Origin: Candidatus Pacearchaeota archaeon
GTDB taxonomy: Archaea; Nanobdellota; Nanobdellia; Pacearchaeales; UBA284
Reading direction: 5' to 3'
Assembly: GCA_026016245.1 (NCBI GenBank)
Contig: CP061211.1
Location: 1-32,000, forward strand
DNA length: 32,000 nucleotides
Shown: positions 17,377 through 25,455 of the stretch, piece after piece
Position numbering within the stretch: position 1 is the first letter of the stretch
Layout of the letters: each line of letters starts with the position of its first letter
Notes under the pieces: model-generated
Told to the model about the DNA's origin: nothing
Database searches by the model: none
What the model saw: only the letters and a program-made list of their open reading frames with translations
Made by a program: the position numbers and the translations under genes

Positions 17377-19176
17377 TTAATCCTCATATTTGTTCTTGAG
17401 CATTAGATGAGGGAATAAGCTGAGAGAGATGAGCTCTTCCATTAATAACTTGGAGGCATAAGAAATTTCTACTGGCTCTAATTTCTGGCCACCACAAAGA
17501 GGGCAAATTTCTCTTTTCCTTAGCTTATCTCGAATTCCAAAACTTCCACATTTTGGGCATATGTGTGCAACGATATTATCTGAGCTGAATCTTTCTTTAA
17601 GCAATAAGGAAGCTCCATGGGCTACTAAAACATCTTTTTCCATCTCCCCTAATCTTAATGCACCACCTTTTGCTCTTCCTTCAACTGGTTGTCTCGTTAA
17701 CAAGGTAATTTTACCAGAAGCCCTCATTTGTATTGTGTTTGCAACCATATATTTTAGCTTTAAATAATAAATATTGCCGATGAAAATTTTTGCTTCAAGA
17801 GGCTTTCCTGTCAAACCATCATACAGAGTTTCTTTTCCATCTGGCCTGAAACCTAAGTCAAGCAGCATTTTTTCAAATTCTTTAATATTAGGTTTACTAA
17901 AAGAAGAACCATCTATTATTCTTCCATTTAGACAGCCTATTTTTCCAGTCAGTAGTTCTAGAAGATAGCCAACTGTCATTCTGCCTGGAATCCCATGAGG
18001 ATTAAAAATAAGGTCTGGCTTGATTCCTTTGGAAGTGAAGGGTAGATCTTCTTCATTAACTATTGCTCCTATGACACCTTTTTGTCCGTGTGGGGAGGCA
18101 AATTTATCTCCGATTTCAGGAATTCTATTATCTCTTGTTCTAACCTGCACAATCTTGTGACCTTGAGAGTCTGTTGTAAGAAAAACACCATCTACGATAC
18201 CTTTTTCAGCCTGTCTTATTACAGTACTATTCTCTTTTGTTACCCTGGCTAAAGAAATTTCTTCCATCTCAAGCAAGAATTTTGGAGGGGACATCTTTCC
18301 TATAACCACCTCACTTTCTTCTAATTCTGCTTCTGGGTAAACCACCCCATCCTCTTCTAGATAACGGTAAGATTTCTCTGTTCTGTAACCACTAACATCC
18401 TTTGTTGGCACACCTATTTTATCTTTCAAGTTACCTGTGTAATGCAATTCAGTTGAAGTATATGGTCTAAAGTATGTGCTTCTTCCTAATCCTCTATCCA
18501 CACTTGCCTTGTTTAGAACTATAGCATCACTCATGTTATATCCTTCATAAGGCATGATAGCAACGATAACATTCTGACCAGCCGGATAAAAGTTTATTGT
18601 ATCATAAACAAAACTTCTCACGATTGGTTTCTGAGGATAATGGAGAATACTTACATCAGTATCTATAAGATTAAGGTAATTAGCAGCATAAAGGCCAAGA
18701 GCTTGTTTATGTGTTCTTCCTACTTTATTTAATCTTGAGCTCTGGTCATGGTTTCCATAAGGTATCAAAGATATGATTGCTCCAAACATTGCCATTGGAT
18801 CTACCTCTAGATGCGTGTGTTCTGGGGTTAAATCTTCTTCTGATATTGCCACAAACAAATTATCCTCTTCAGCAGCATCCACATATTCTATTATGCCAAG
18901 AGCTATCAAGTCATCCCAACTCAATTCATCTTTTTTTAGTGCTTCTATGTGTTCTTCCTTTAATTTTGGCTGTCCATCTTTGATAATTATTAGGGGCCTT
19001 AAAACTCTGCCAACATCAGTTGTCAAGAAAATTATATCGCCAACTTTATCATATCTAATGCTTAGCTCAGAAGGTAATTCCTGAGCTCTTCTTTTTTCTC
19101 TCAATACTTCTATAAAATGCTTATTGTCTTCTACTTCACCAATAAAATGACCATTGTAAAATACATCTGTTTCCAT
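17377..19176 (-). CDS. rpoB1: DNA-directed RNA polymerase subunit B' (C-terminal half of B; rpoB1-type split gene)
   Basis: GNHDQSSR-like AIISLIPYGNHDQSSRLNKVGRTHKQALG, GDKFASPHGQKGVIG, RQPVEGRAKGGALRLGEMEKDVLVAHGA, C-terminal Zn motifs CPKCGSFG/CPLCGG. Confidence 0.97.
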   Translation of the reverse strand: METDVFYNGHFIGEVEDNKHFIEVLREKRRAQELPSELSIRYDKVGDIIFLTTDVGRVLRPLIIIKDGQPKLKEEHIEALKKDELSWDDLIALGIIEYVDAAEEDNLFVAISEEDLTPEHTHLEVDPMAMFGAIISLIPYGNHDQSSRLNKVGRTHKQALGLYAANYLNLIDTDVSILHYPQKPIVRSFVYDTINFYPAGQNVIVAIMPYEGYNMSDAIVLNKASVDRGLGRSTYFRPYTSTELHYTGNLKDKIGVPTKDVSGYRTEKSYRYLEEDGVVYPEAELEESEVVIGKMSPPKFLLEMEEISLARVTKENSTVIRQAEKGIVDGVFLTTDSQGHKIVQVRTRDNRIPEIGDKFASPHGQKGVIGAIVNEEDLPFTSKGIKPDLIFNPHGIPGRMTVGYLLELLTGKIGCLNGRIIDGSSFSKPNIKEFEKMLLDLGFRPDGKETLYDGLTGKPLEAKIFIGNIYYLKLKYMVANTIQMRASGKITLLTRQPVEGRAKGGALRLGEMEKDVLVAHGASLLLKERFSSDNIVAHICPKCGSFGIRDKLRKREICPLCGGQKLEPVEISYASKLLMEELISLSLFPHLMLKNKYED

Positions 19177-19180
19177 TTTT

Positions 19181-20713
19181 TTATTTGAAGGTTTTTAATC
19201 CTATATTTTCAAGAGTATTTATGAATTCTTTATCTGAAAGTTTTACAGAAGTGCTCACCTTTGCTAGCAATGATAAATTTTTTCTTAAGCCAATAGATGT
19301 TCCTTCAGGTGTCTCTATTGGGCAGAATCTTCCATAGTGTGTTGGGTGTAATGTCCTTGCCTTGAAATTTTCTTGTTCACTAGGGAGCAGACTTATCACA
19401 CGCTGCAATTGGGATAGTTTAGAGAGGATATTTGTTTTATCCATATTTTGCGTGACCCCAGAACGCTGTCCTATCCAGGAACCTGTTGCAAGAGCACTTT
19501 CAATACGGTGTGAAAATAAGGTGGATTTCGCAAGACTTCTTATGGAATAAAATTTCTTTTTCCTTGCAATCTTCTGCAAATTATGTTGGAGGTCTCTGAT
19601 GAAAATTGTCAGGTTAACTCTAAATAAGTCAGTAAGAAGATTACCACTTAATCTCACACGTTTGTTAGAATAATGATCCTTATCACTCTCTAGCTTATGT
19701 TCCTTTGCTACTAGAAATTGTTTGATTAATTTGCATAATGTGATTGCTTTTTCCTTTCTTGAGTCTGGCTTTGTCCCTATATGAGGCAATAATGCTGAGT
19801 CAAATCTCAGTTTTACTCTATCAAGCATTTCTTTTTTTGTCCCTTGTATTTTCATGATTTCTGCTATTGCCATCAAGGCGTCATTCATATCCTGCACTTT
19901 TGCATGTTCGAACAGATTAACTATGAGACTGTCAGATTCGCTACCAATAAAGGAAGCTATGTCTGAATCTTTTGTTATTCCTAAAGCCTTGATAAGAAGA
20001 AAGGAGGGGATGCTTTTGAAGCGAGAAAAAGAGACAAGAATTAACCCATCTTGAGTTTGGGTTATAGAAACAGGAATCCTATAACTGCCACGAGAAGAAT
20101 ACATTCTTAAAGAAATACCTTTTATTGTTTCTTCTGTAAATGCCTGGTTTTGTGCTAAATCCTCAATCATAACAAGAACACGTTCGTTTCCATTAATGAT
20201 AAAGTAACCACCAGAATCAGCAGGATCTTCATAATTCTTCACAAGGTCGGCAGTGGACATACCATGTAAATTACACCACTTACTTTTTGCCATTATGGGC
20301 ATTCTTCCTATCTCTACATTACTGTATTCTTTGCCGCCAACTCCTATCTCGAGATAAACAGGAGCTGAATAAGTTATTTTTCTTAACTTGGCCTCTATAG
20401 GTAAAATGCTTCTGATAGAACCATCAGCCTCTATAATTTGTGGCCTTCCAACAGAGATTTTACCTAGCCAGAGCTCGACCTCTTCCCTTGAGATTTCTTC
20501 ATTTATGTTGTTAACAATCTCCTGAAGTCTGTTCTCAATAAAATCATTAAAAGATAGAATATTAGATTCAATAAGAGAGTGCTGTTGCAAGTATCTTCTA
20601 ATAAGGAAGTGTTTTTTCTTCTTATCTTCCTCGATTTGTTCTTTCCCCTTCCCTTTTTCCTTTTCCTCGACCTTTTGGGCTTCTTCCTTTTTGTTTTTTC
20701 CTTCTTCAACCAT
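19181..20713 (-). CDS. rpoB2: DNA-directed RNA polymerase subunit B'' (N-terminal half of B)
   Basis: GYFIINGNERVLVMIEDLAQNQ, THYGRFCPIETPEGTSIGLRKNLS. The 20728 start in the track adds MFYLK; ATG at 20713 (MVEEGKNKK) is an alternative. K/E-rich N-terminal tail. Confidence 0.95.
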   Translation of the reverse strand: MVEEGKNKKEEAQKVEEKEKGKGKEQIEEDKKKKHFLIRRYLQQHSLIESNILSFNDFIENRLQEIVNNINEEISREEVELWLGKISVGRPQIIEADGSIRSILPIEAKLRKITYSAPVYLEIGVGGKEYSNVEIGRMPIMAKSKWCNLHGMSTADLVKNYEDPADSGGYFIINGNERVLVMIEDLAQNQAFTEETIKGISLRMYSSRGSYRIPVSITQTQDGLILVSFSRFKSIPSFLLIKALGITKDSDIASFIGSESDSLIVNLFEHAKVQDMNDALMAIAEIMKIQGTKKEMLDRVKLRFDSALLPHIGTKPDSRKEKAITLCKLIKQFLVAKEHKLESDKDHYSNKRVRLSGNLLTDLFRVNLTIFIRDLQHNLQKIARKKKFYSIRSLAKSTLFSHRIESALATGSWIGQRSGVTQNMDKTNILSKLSQLQRVISLLPSEQENFKARTLHPTHYGRFCPIETPEGTSIGLRKNLSLLAKVSTSVKLSDKEFINTLENIGLKTFK

Positions 20714-20738
20714 TTTAAGATAAAACAATCAAAATTAA

Positions 20739-20948
20739 TTAAGGAACAACAATACGGTAATATATAACTTTGCCGTTGGATGTTTTTCTTTCAATCTTAA
20801 TTATATCTCCTACTTTTATATCGTCGGACAAAATAGGATCTTTTTTTTTGATTTTAGGTAGTTGAGTTGCAGTAATATTAAGTTTTTCCAATAATAATCT
20901 GGCTTCTTCTGGCTTCAGTTTAAGGTGTTTGGATTGTAGAACATACAT
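20739..20948 (-). CDS. rpoH: DNA-directed RNA polymerase subunit H (Rpb5 C-terminal-like)
   Basis: KHLKLKPEEARLLLEKLNITATQLPKIKKKDPILSDDIKVGDIIKIERKTSNGKVIYYRIVVP; first gene of the rpo operon. Confidence 0.93.
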   Translation of the reverse strand: MYVLQSKHLKLKPEEARLLLEKLNITATQLPKIKKKDPILSDDIKVGDIIKIERKTSNGKVIYYRIVVP

Positions 20949-20982
20949 TTTTCAGACAAACTCAACAAGATATTTTATTGAA

Positions 20983-21000
20983 AATGGTTTTTAAATCTTT
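20983..21000 (-). promoter_or_regulatory. Candidate archaeal TATA element for the rpoH-rpoB-rpoA operon
   Basis: Minus-strand AAAGATTTAAAAACCATT about 40-50 nt upstream of the rpoH start. Confidence 0.45.
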
Positions 21001-21125
21001 TGTTTTTTAAGACCACAATTTACAGATTCTTATTTTTAGATTTTTCCTCTATAAAATATATCTTAAGGTTTTTGATTTAAAACAAAATAGTTTTTTGTAG
21101 TCACTTATCAATAATTAAAAAATAG

Positions 21126-21140
21126 AAAGGTTTTTAAATC
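21126..21140 (+). promoter_or_regulatory. Candidate BRE/TATA element (AAAGGTTTTTAAATC) for the 21168-22396 operon
   Basis: Purine-rich BRE-like AAAGG followed by TTTTTAAAT, ~28 nt upstream of ATG 21168, which implies a very short leader. Confidence 0.5.
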
Positions 21141-21167
21141 CCTTTGTCCTTGTCGAATAGTAATAAA

Positions 21168-21350
21168 ATGGAACCAACTGAACTTCAAAAAAACTTGAAA
21201 TTAGATAGATTTGGTATAATTATTGATGAAAAGGATGGGTCACACACAATAACCGACCCTGTTTCTAAAACACCCTATATTATTTTTGATCCTTCTACAC
21301 AATTAAAAGAAAAATCAAAAATAAATAAACAAAAAATATATGTAATATAA
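21168..21350 (+). CDS. Small hypothetical protein (60 aa)
   Basis: ATG at 21168 (MEPTELQKNLKLDRFGIIIDEKDGSHTITDPVSKTPYIIFDPS), downstream of a TATA-like element. The track's upstream 21144 TTG start is less likely. Ends 1 nt before the next ATG. Confidence 0.55.
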   Translation: MEPTELQKNLKLDRFGIIIDEKDGSHTITDPVSKTPYIIFDPSTQLKEKSKINKQKIYVI

Positions 21351-21351
21351 G

Positions 21352-22164
21352 ATGATAGCTAAAACTGAACTTATCAAAAAAGTGAAGTACCATTTTAGTT
21401 TGAACATTTATGAGAGTAAGGTTTGGATAGCCCTCTTAAACAAGACTATAGCTACTGTTGGTGAGATAGCTGAGATAAGTGGTGTTCCAAGAAGCCGTGT
21501 CTATGATGTTTTAGAAAGCCTGGAAAAGAGAGGCTTTGCAATAGCCAAATTAGGAAAGCCTGTTAGATACATAGCAGTTAAACCTTCTGTTGTTATTGAG
21601 CATATGAAAAATAACATGCTAAGAAATGCTGAAGAGAGGGCAAAGAATCTGACAACTATGAAAGATAGTGTAGAATATAGGGAGTTAGAGGTTTTGCATA
21701 GTAAAGGAATCAAACCTATACAGCCAGAGGATTTAAGTTCAGCAATTAAAGGAAGACAGAATATTTATAGTCACATAAAAGACTTACTCGGAGGAGCTGA
21801 GAAGGAAATTATTTTTATTTCAACCTCTGATGCACTTAAGAGAAAAGCACATTTTCTTAAACCTATTTTAAAGAAATTAAAAAATCAAGGTGTTACTGTG
21901 AATATAGCTGCAAGTGCAAAGAATCCTGGAGACGAAAAAGAAAAATTAAACTTGATTAGTTTAAGCAAAGAACTTGGAGTTCCTATAAGAAGAATTAAGA
22001 TCAATGCTAGATTCTGTATTGTTGATGGTTCAAAACTCTTGATTTTTATAACTCCTGATAGTGATGTTGAAGGTGACATAGCTATCTGGATCAATAGTCC
22101 TTTCTTTGGAAAAGCATTAACAACTTTTTTAAGTCCTGTATGGAGAATATCTAGAGCAAGATAA
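21352..22164 (+). CDS. TrmB family transcriptional regulator (wHTH plus C-terminal PLD-like sensor region)
   Basis: KVWIALLNKTIATVGEIAEISGVPRSRVYDVLESLEKRGFAIAKLGKPVRYIAVKP; C-terminal KEIIFISTSDALKRKAHFLKPILKKLKNQGV. Confidence 0.9.
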   Translation: MIAKTELIKKVKYHFSLNIYESKVWIALLNKTIATVGEIAEISGVPRSRVYDVLESLEKRGFAIAKLGKPVRYIAVKPSVVIEHMKNNMLRNAEERAKNLTTMKDSVEYRELEVLHSKGIKPIQPEDLSSAIKGRQNIYSHIKDLLGGAEKEIIFISTSDALKRKAHFLKPILKKLKNQGVTVNIAASAKNPGDEKEKLNLISLSKELGVPIRRIKINARFCIVDGSKLLIFITPDSDVEGDIAIWINSPFFGKALTTFLSPVWRISRAR

Positions 22165-22165
22165 A

Positions 22166-22396
22166 ATGGAAGAACAAAATAAACCCTCAAAATTAGATTA
22201 TATTATGTCACTTACCCCTATTCCAGTAATAGGTGAAAGATGTGCAAAAAAAGTTTGGTCTTATGAAGCTGAGAAAGATTCAAAAGGAGATGTTAGTGGA
22301 AGAGTTTTTATATCAAGATATATCGCATATTGCGTTATTCCTTCAATGATTGCTGGCCCATGTGCACTAGCACTTAAAATAAAAAATCTTATATAA
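22166..22396 (+). CDS. Small hypothetical protein with hydrophobic C-terminus (76 aa)
   Basis: Starts 1 nt after the trmB-like stop; MEEQNKPSKLDYIMSLTPIPVIGERCAKKVWSYEAEKDSKG. Confidence 0.5.
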   Translation: MEEQNKPSKLDYIMSLTPIPVIGERCAKKVWSYEAEKDSKGDVSGRVFISRYIAYCVIPSMIAGPCALALKIKNLI

Positions 22397-22482
22397 TTCT
22401 AATTAGTGCTATTTTATTAACTATCTTTTCTATTTTTAAAACTAAGAAAATTAAAAATAAAATAAAAAATAAAAACAAAAAT

Positions 22483-22827
22483 TTAACGTTTAGCCAAGCT
22501 AAAAACAGATTTTAGGGCAACAATGATTGTTGCTGGCACGAACAATATCAGTAGATTCTCTAGGATTTGTGCTAAGAAATTGACGCCAAGTTTGTCTACT
22601 CCAAATACACTACCTCCGAAATAGCTAACAATAACTAAGATTACACCAGCTATCAGGAAAGGCTGTGCTTCAACATCAGTTATGTTCAATAGACCAATAA
22701 GGATACCAATAACTACTAGAACCCAATAAACCCATGTTGCCATGGCAAGAAATCCGAAGATCACTGCTATAATCACACCAATAAGAAATGCCCATGCACC
22801 TAGCATGTTTCCTTTCTTTTTAGGCAT
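22483..22827 (-). CDS. Small polytopic membrane protein (114 aa)
   Basis: Three or four hydrophobic helices (AWAFLIGVIIAVIFGFLAMATWVYWVLVVIGILIGLL...FLIAGVILVIVSYFGG...); AAAGGAGG ribosome binding site upstream. Confidence 0.7.
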   Translation of the reverse strand: MPKKKGNMLGAWAFLIGVIIAVIFGFLAMATWVYWVLVVIGILIGLLNITDVEAQPFLIAGVILVIVSYFGGSVFGVDKLGVNFLAQILENLLILFVPATIIVALKSVFSLAKR

Positions 22828-22940
22828 TTTATTCTTTACCTCCTTTTAGATTTAAAATTACTAATATAAGAGGAATGTTCTTTTTAAAGTTTTTGCTTCA
22901 TTTTTTCTATCTTTTAGTAATATAAAATAAAAAAAATAGT

Positions 22941-23687
22941 TTATTTCTTTTTTAACCAATTTATAAGAATTTTTAGTGACTTTTCATAGTTTTCATTAAT
23001 TCCAAGACTATGGTCCGCTCCTTTAATTAATTCTAACTTTGCATCAGGAAAATTTTTTGTTAGCTTCTTAGTATTTTCAGGATTAACACATTCATCATCT
23101 GTTCCTTGTATAATTAAAGTTGGAATTTTAATATTCTTTACTTTATCATACATTGTATACTGGTGACCATCTTCTACAAATTCATATCTTATCTTGTGTT
23201 TAGTGCCATCTGATTTTATATGATATGTGTAACCTTGTTCTTTCCATTTTTTTAATCCTTTTTTTCCTTTCATTAACAATACATCTTCATCATTGGAGGA
23301 GGTTGGAGATCTTAAAATTAAAAACTTTAGTTCTGGATGTTTTAAAGTTGTGGCCATAGCTACCAAACCACCTGTACTTGTGCCAAGCAAACTAATCTTT
23401 TTGTAGCCTTTATCTTTACAAAATTTTATTGCAGATTCAACAACCCCTATATATTTTGTTATTGTTGCAAATTCAAATTTTGGTTCTGATTCTCCTAGGT
23501 TATCTAAGTCTATTCTTAAAGTGTTGATTTTATTTTTACCTAGTTCTTCTGCAATTATTTTTGTACCTTTATCTTTGTTTGAAGAAAACCCATGAATAAG
23601 TATTATAATTTTTTTTTCTGGGCTTGGTTCATCAATAACGCCACAGATCTTTTCATTAAATTTATTTTTAAAGAATATTTTTTTCAT
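22941..23687 (-). CDS. Alpha/beta hydrolase (serine esterase/peptidase-like)
   Basis: IILIHGFSSNKDKGTK, nucleophile elbow LLGTSTGGLVA, C-terminal PTLIIQGTDDECVNPE...GADHSLG. The start was trimmed from 23765 to ATG 23687 because the N-terminal extension is tRNA-Cys read as protein. Confidence 0.85.
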   Translation of the reverse strand: MKKIFFKNKFNEKICGVIDEPSPEKKIIILIHGFSSNKDKGTKIIAEELGKNKINTLRIDLDNLGESEPKFEFATITKYIGVVESAIKFCKDKGYKKISLLGTSTGGLVAMATTLKHPELKFLILRSPTSSNDEDVLLMKGKKGLKKWKEQGYTYHIKSDGTKHKIRYEFVEDGHQYTMYDKVKNIKIPTLIIQGTDDECVNPENTKKLTKNFPDAKLELIKGADHSLGINENYEKSLKILINWLKKK

Positions 23688-23700
23688 CTTTGTTTTGGTA

Positions 23701-23771
23701 AGCAGGGGAGGGGAATTGAACCCCCGTACGTCGGTCTGCAACCGACTGCATAACCACTCTGCCACCCCTGC
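23701..23771 (-). tRNA. tRNA-Cys(GCA)
   Basis: Manual cloverleaf: acceptor GCAGGGG/CCCCTGC, anticodon arm GTCGG-TTGCAGA-CCGAC, T arm GGGGG-TTCAATT-CCCCT, discriminator T; 71 nt. Confidence 0.95.
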
Positions 23772-23773
23772 AG

Positions 23774-23881
23774 AGGGCCTGACGGGACTCGAACCCGCAA
23801 CATCCAGCTTTCTCCGTTCGGGTTGATAAGGGCTTGCCCTTATTTAGAAGGCTGGCGCTCTATCCATTGAGCTACAGGCCC
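23774..23881 (-). tRNA. tRNA-Arg(TCT) with a 35-nt intron at canonical position 37/38 (intron = complement 23810..23844)
   Basis: Acceptor GGGCCTG/CAGGCCC, D arm GCTC...GAGC, anticodon stem CCAGC/GCTGG, T arm GCGGG-TTCGAGT-CCCGT. Loop + intron CTTCTA^AATAAGGG...GGAGAA^A. 73 nt mature. Exon CTTC pairs with intron GGAG, flanked by 3-nt bulges TA^A and AA^A. Confidence 0.93.
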
Positions 23882-23900
23882 AATATAAAAAGAAAGAAGA

Positions 23901-23916
23901 AACTTTTAAATTTAAC
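23901..23916 (-). promoter_or_regulatory. Candidate TATA element for the tRNA-Arg/tRNA-Cys unit, overlapping the 3' end of the GGDEF gene
   Basis: Minus-strand AAATTTAAAAGTT ~25 nt upstream of the tRNA-Arg 5' end. Confidence 0.45.
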
Positions 23917-24613
23917 TTTTATCCCCAACAAATTGTTTTTCTATTTTTTCAAGAAAAGAAATCTTACTGATATCATCATATTCCATATAACAATTCTTAC
24001 CATGTTCTTTGGCATATCTTAGAGCTATGTTGGCTTTCTCAAACAAATCTAGATTACCATTTCTCTTCCCATTTTTACTTTTTGGCATAAATTTTTCATA
24101 AGCACTTTTCATCTTTGATGTGGCTAATTCAGTTTTTTTATTATGTGAGGCGACTCCAATACTTGCTGTAAGATTAAAAGAAGCAAGAAATTTATCCTCT
24201 TGAATAAACTTCCTAATTCTTTCAGCCATATTTTTAGCATCTTCTGAGGGAGTTTCAGGCATTAAAACAACAAATTCTTCACCGCCAAACCTAGCAGCGA
24301 CATCTGTTTCTCGGACATTACTTTTGATAATCATTGAAACCATCTGTAAAACCTCATCGCCACGAAGATAACCATGCTTATCATTGATCCTTTTAAAATC
24401 ATCTAAATCAAGAAGCAACATTGAGATAGTTCTGCCATAACGTTCAGCTATTGCCATCTCATGTTTAAAGACAGAATTAAAATACCTATAATTGTAAAGT
24501 TGTGTTTTAGTATCCACAGTAGCTAGATAATAAAGCTTGGCTATTTTTTTAGCATCAAGACCTTTCTTAAGATCTTCTTTTCTACCTAAAATTTTCTTTA
24601 ACCAGTCTGCCAT
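23912..24613 (-). CDS. GGDEF-domain protein (putative diguanylate cyclase)
   Basis: DLDDFKRINDKHGYLRGDEVL, RETDVAARFGGEEFVVLMPET (I-site RxxD plus GGEEF signature), ANIALRYAKEHGKN. Likely start is ATG 24613 (MADWLKK) rather than 24655. Confidence 0.9.
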   Translation of the reverse strand: MADWLKKILGRKEDLKKGLDAKKIAKLYYLATVDTKTQLYNYRYFNSVFKHEMAIAERYGRTISMLLLDLDDFKRINDKHGYLRGDEVLQMVSMIIKSNVRETDVAARFGGEEFVVLMPETPSEDAKNMAERIRKFIQEDKFLASFNLTASIGVASHNKKTELATSKMKSAYEKFMPKSKNGKRNGNLDLFEKANIALRYAKEHGKNCYMEYDDISKISFLEKIEKQFVGDKS

Positions 24614-24690
24614 CTTAAAATTCAAATATATCAAATAATATAATCCAACAAACACAATACCTTTAAAAATTTAACCTTTATCAATTTATT

Positions 24691-25455
24691 ATGATAGATT
24701 GCCATTGCCATTTTGAGCAAAAAGAGTATGATAAAGATAGAAACAAAATCATAGAAAAGTGTAAAAAACAACTAAAAGCAATAATAACATCATCAGCGCA
24801 TCCAAAAGATATAAAATTAACACTAGAACTAACAAAAAAATATCCAAATTTTATATTTGCAGCAATAGGTTTACATCCAACTTATATTAAGGAACTGACA
24901 GAAGAGCAAATAAACAAAACAATAGAAGCAATAAAAAATAACAAAGACAAGATTGTTGCAGTTGGAGAGATAGGTTTAGATTATTTCTGGATCAAAGAAG
25001 AGGAATGGCAAGAAAAACAAAGACAACTTTTCAAAAAAATGATAAAAATAGTAAAAGAACTAGGATTGCCTTTAGTAATTCATAGCAGAAATGCCAGAGA
25101 AGATACAATAAAAATTTTAGAAGAAGAAGGAATGAAAAGGAAAAAGGTTTTAATGCATCTATTTACTGACAGAAAAAATTTACAAAGAGTGATAGATAAT
25201 GGCTGGTTTGTTTCAATAGGTCCTGGCATCAAGAGATCAAAAAATCTAAGAAAGATAGCGAGAGATACTCCTTTAAATAAAATTCTTCTGGAAACTGATT
25301 CTCCGTGGTTTGCTCAAGAAAATCAAAAATATGGAACTCCACTCAATATAAAAATTGCAGCAAAAAAAATCGCAGAAATAAAAAAATTAACCATAGAACA
25401 GGTAGAAAAGCAAACAGATTTAAATGCAATTGAATTTTTTAATTTAGAATGGTAG
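24691..25455 (+). CDS. tatD: TatD-family metal-dependent hydrolase/DNase
   Basis: IDCHCHFE, VAVGEIGLDYFW, LPLVIHSRNAREDTIKIL, VLMHLFTD, ILLETDSPWFA. Confidence 0.93.
   Translation: MIDCHCHFEQKEYDKDRNKIIEKCKKQLKAIITSSAHPKDIKLTLELTKKYPNFIFAAIGLHPTYIKELTEEQINKTIEAIKNNKDKIVAVGEIGLDYFWIKEEEWQEKQRQLFKKMIKIVKELGLPLVIHSRNAREDTIKILEEEGMKRKKVLMHLFTDRKNLQRVIDNGWFVSIGPGIKRSKNLRKIARDTPLNKILLETDSPWFAQENQKYGTPLNIKIAAKKIAEIKKLTIEQVEKQTDLNAIEFFNLEW

Noticed and set aside
23688-23765. N-terminal extension MAEWLCSRLQTDVRGFNSPPLLTKTK of the hydrolase ORF in the supplied track
   Set aside because: It is the tRNA-Cys sequence read as protein; the cloverleaf is complete and an in-frame ATG exists at 23687.
23910-24655. 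GGDEF gene as evidence of a bacterial contig or contamination
   Set aside because: It is flanked by an intron-bearing archaeal tRNA-Arg and by archaeal Dph5 and rpo genes, and base composition is uniform by eye, so acquisition or inheritance within an archaeal genome is the better reading.
24614-24655. Upstream start of the GGDEF protein (MFVGLYYLIYLNFK)
   Set aside because: The in-frame ATG at 24613 (MADWLKK) is the more natural start; the upstream 14 codons lie in the short divergent promoter region shared with tatD.
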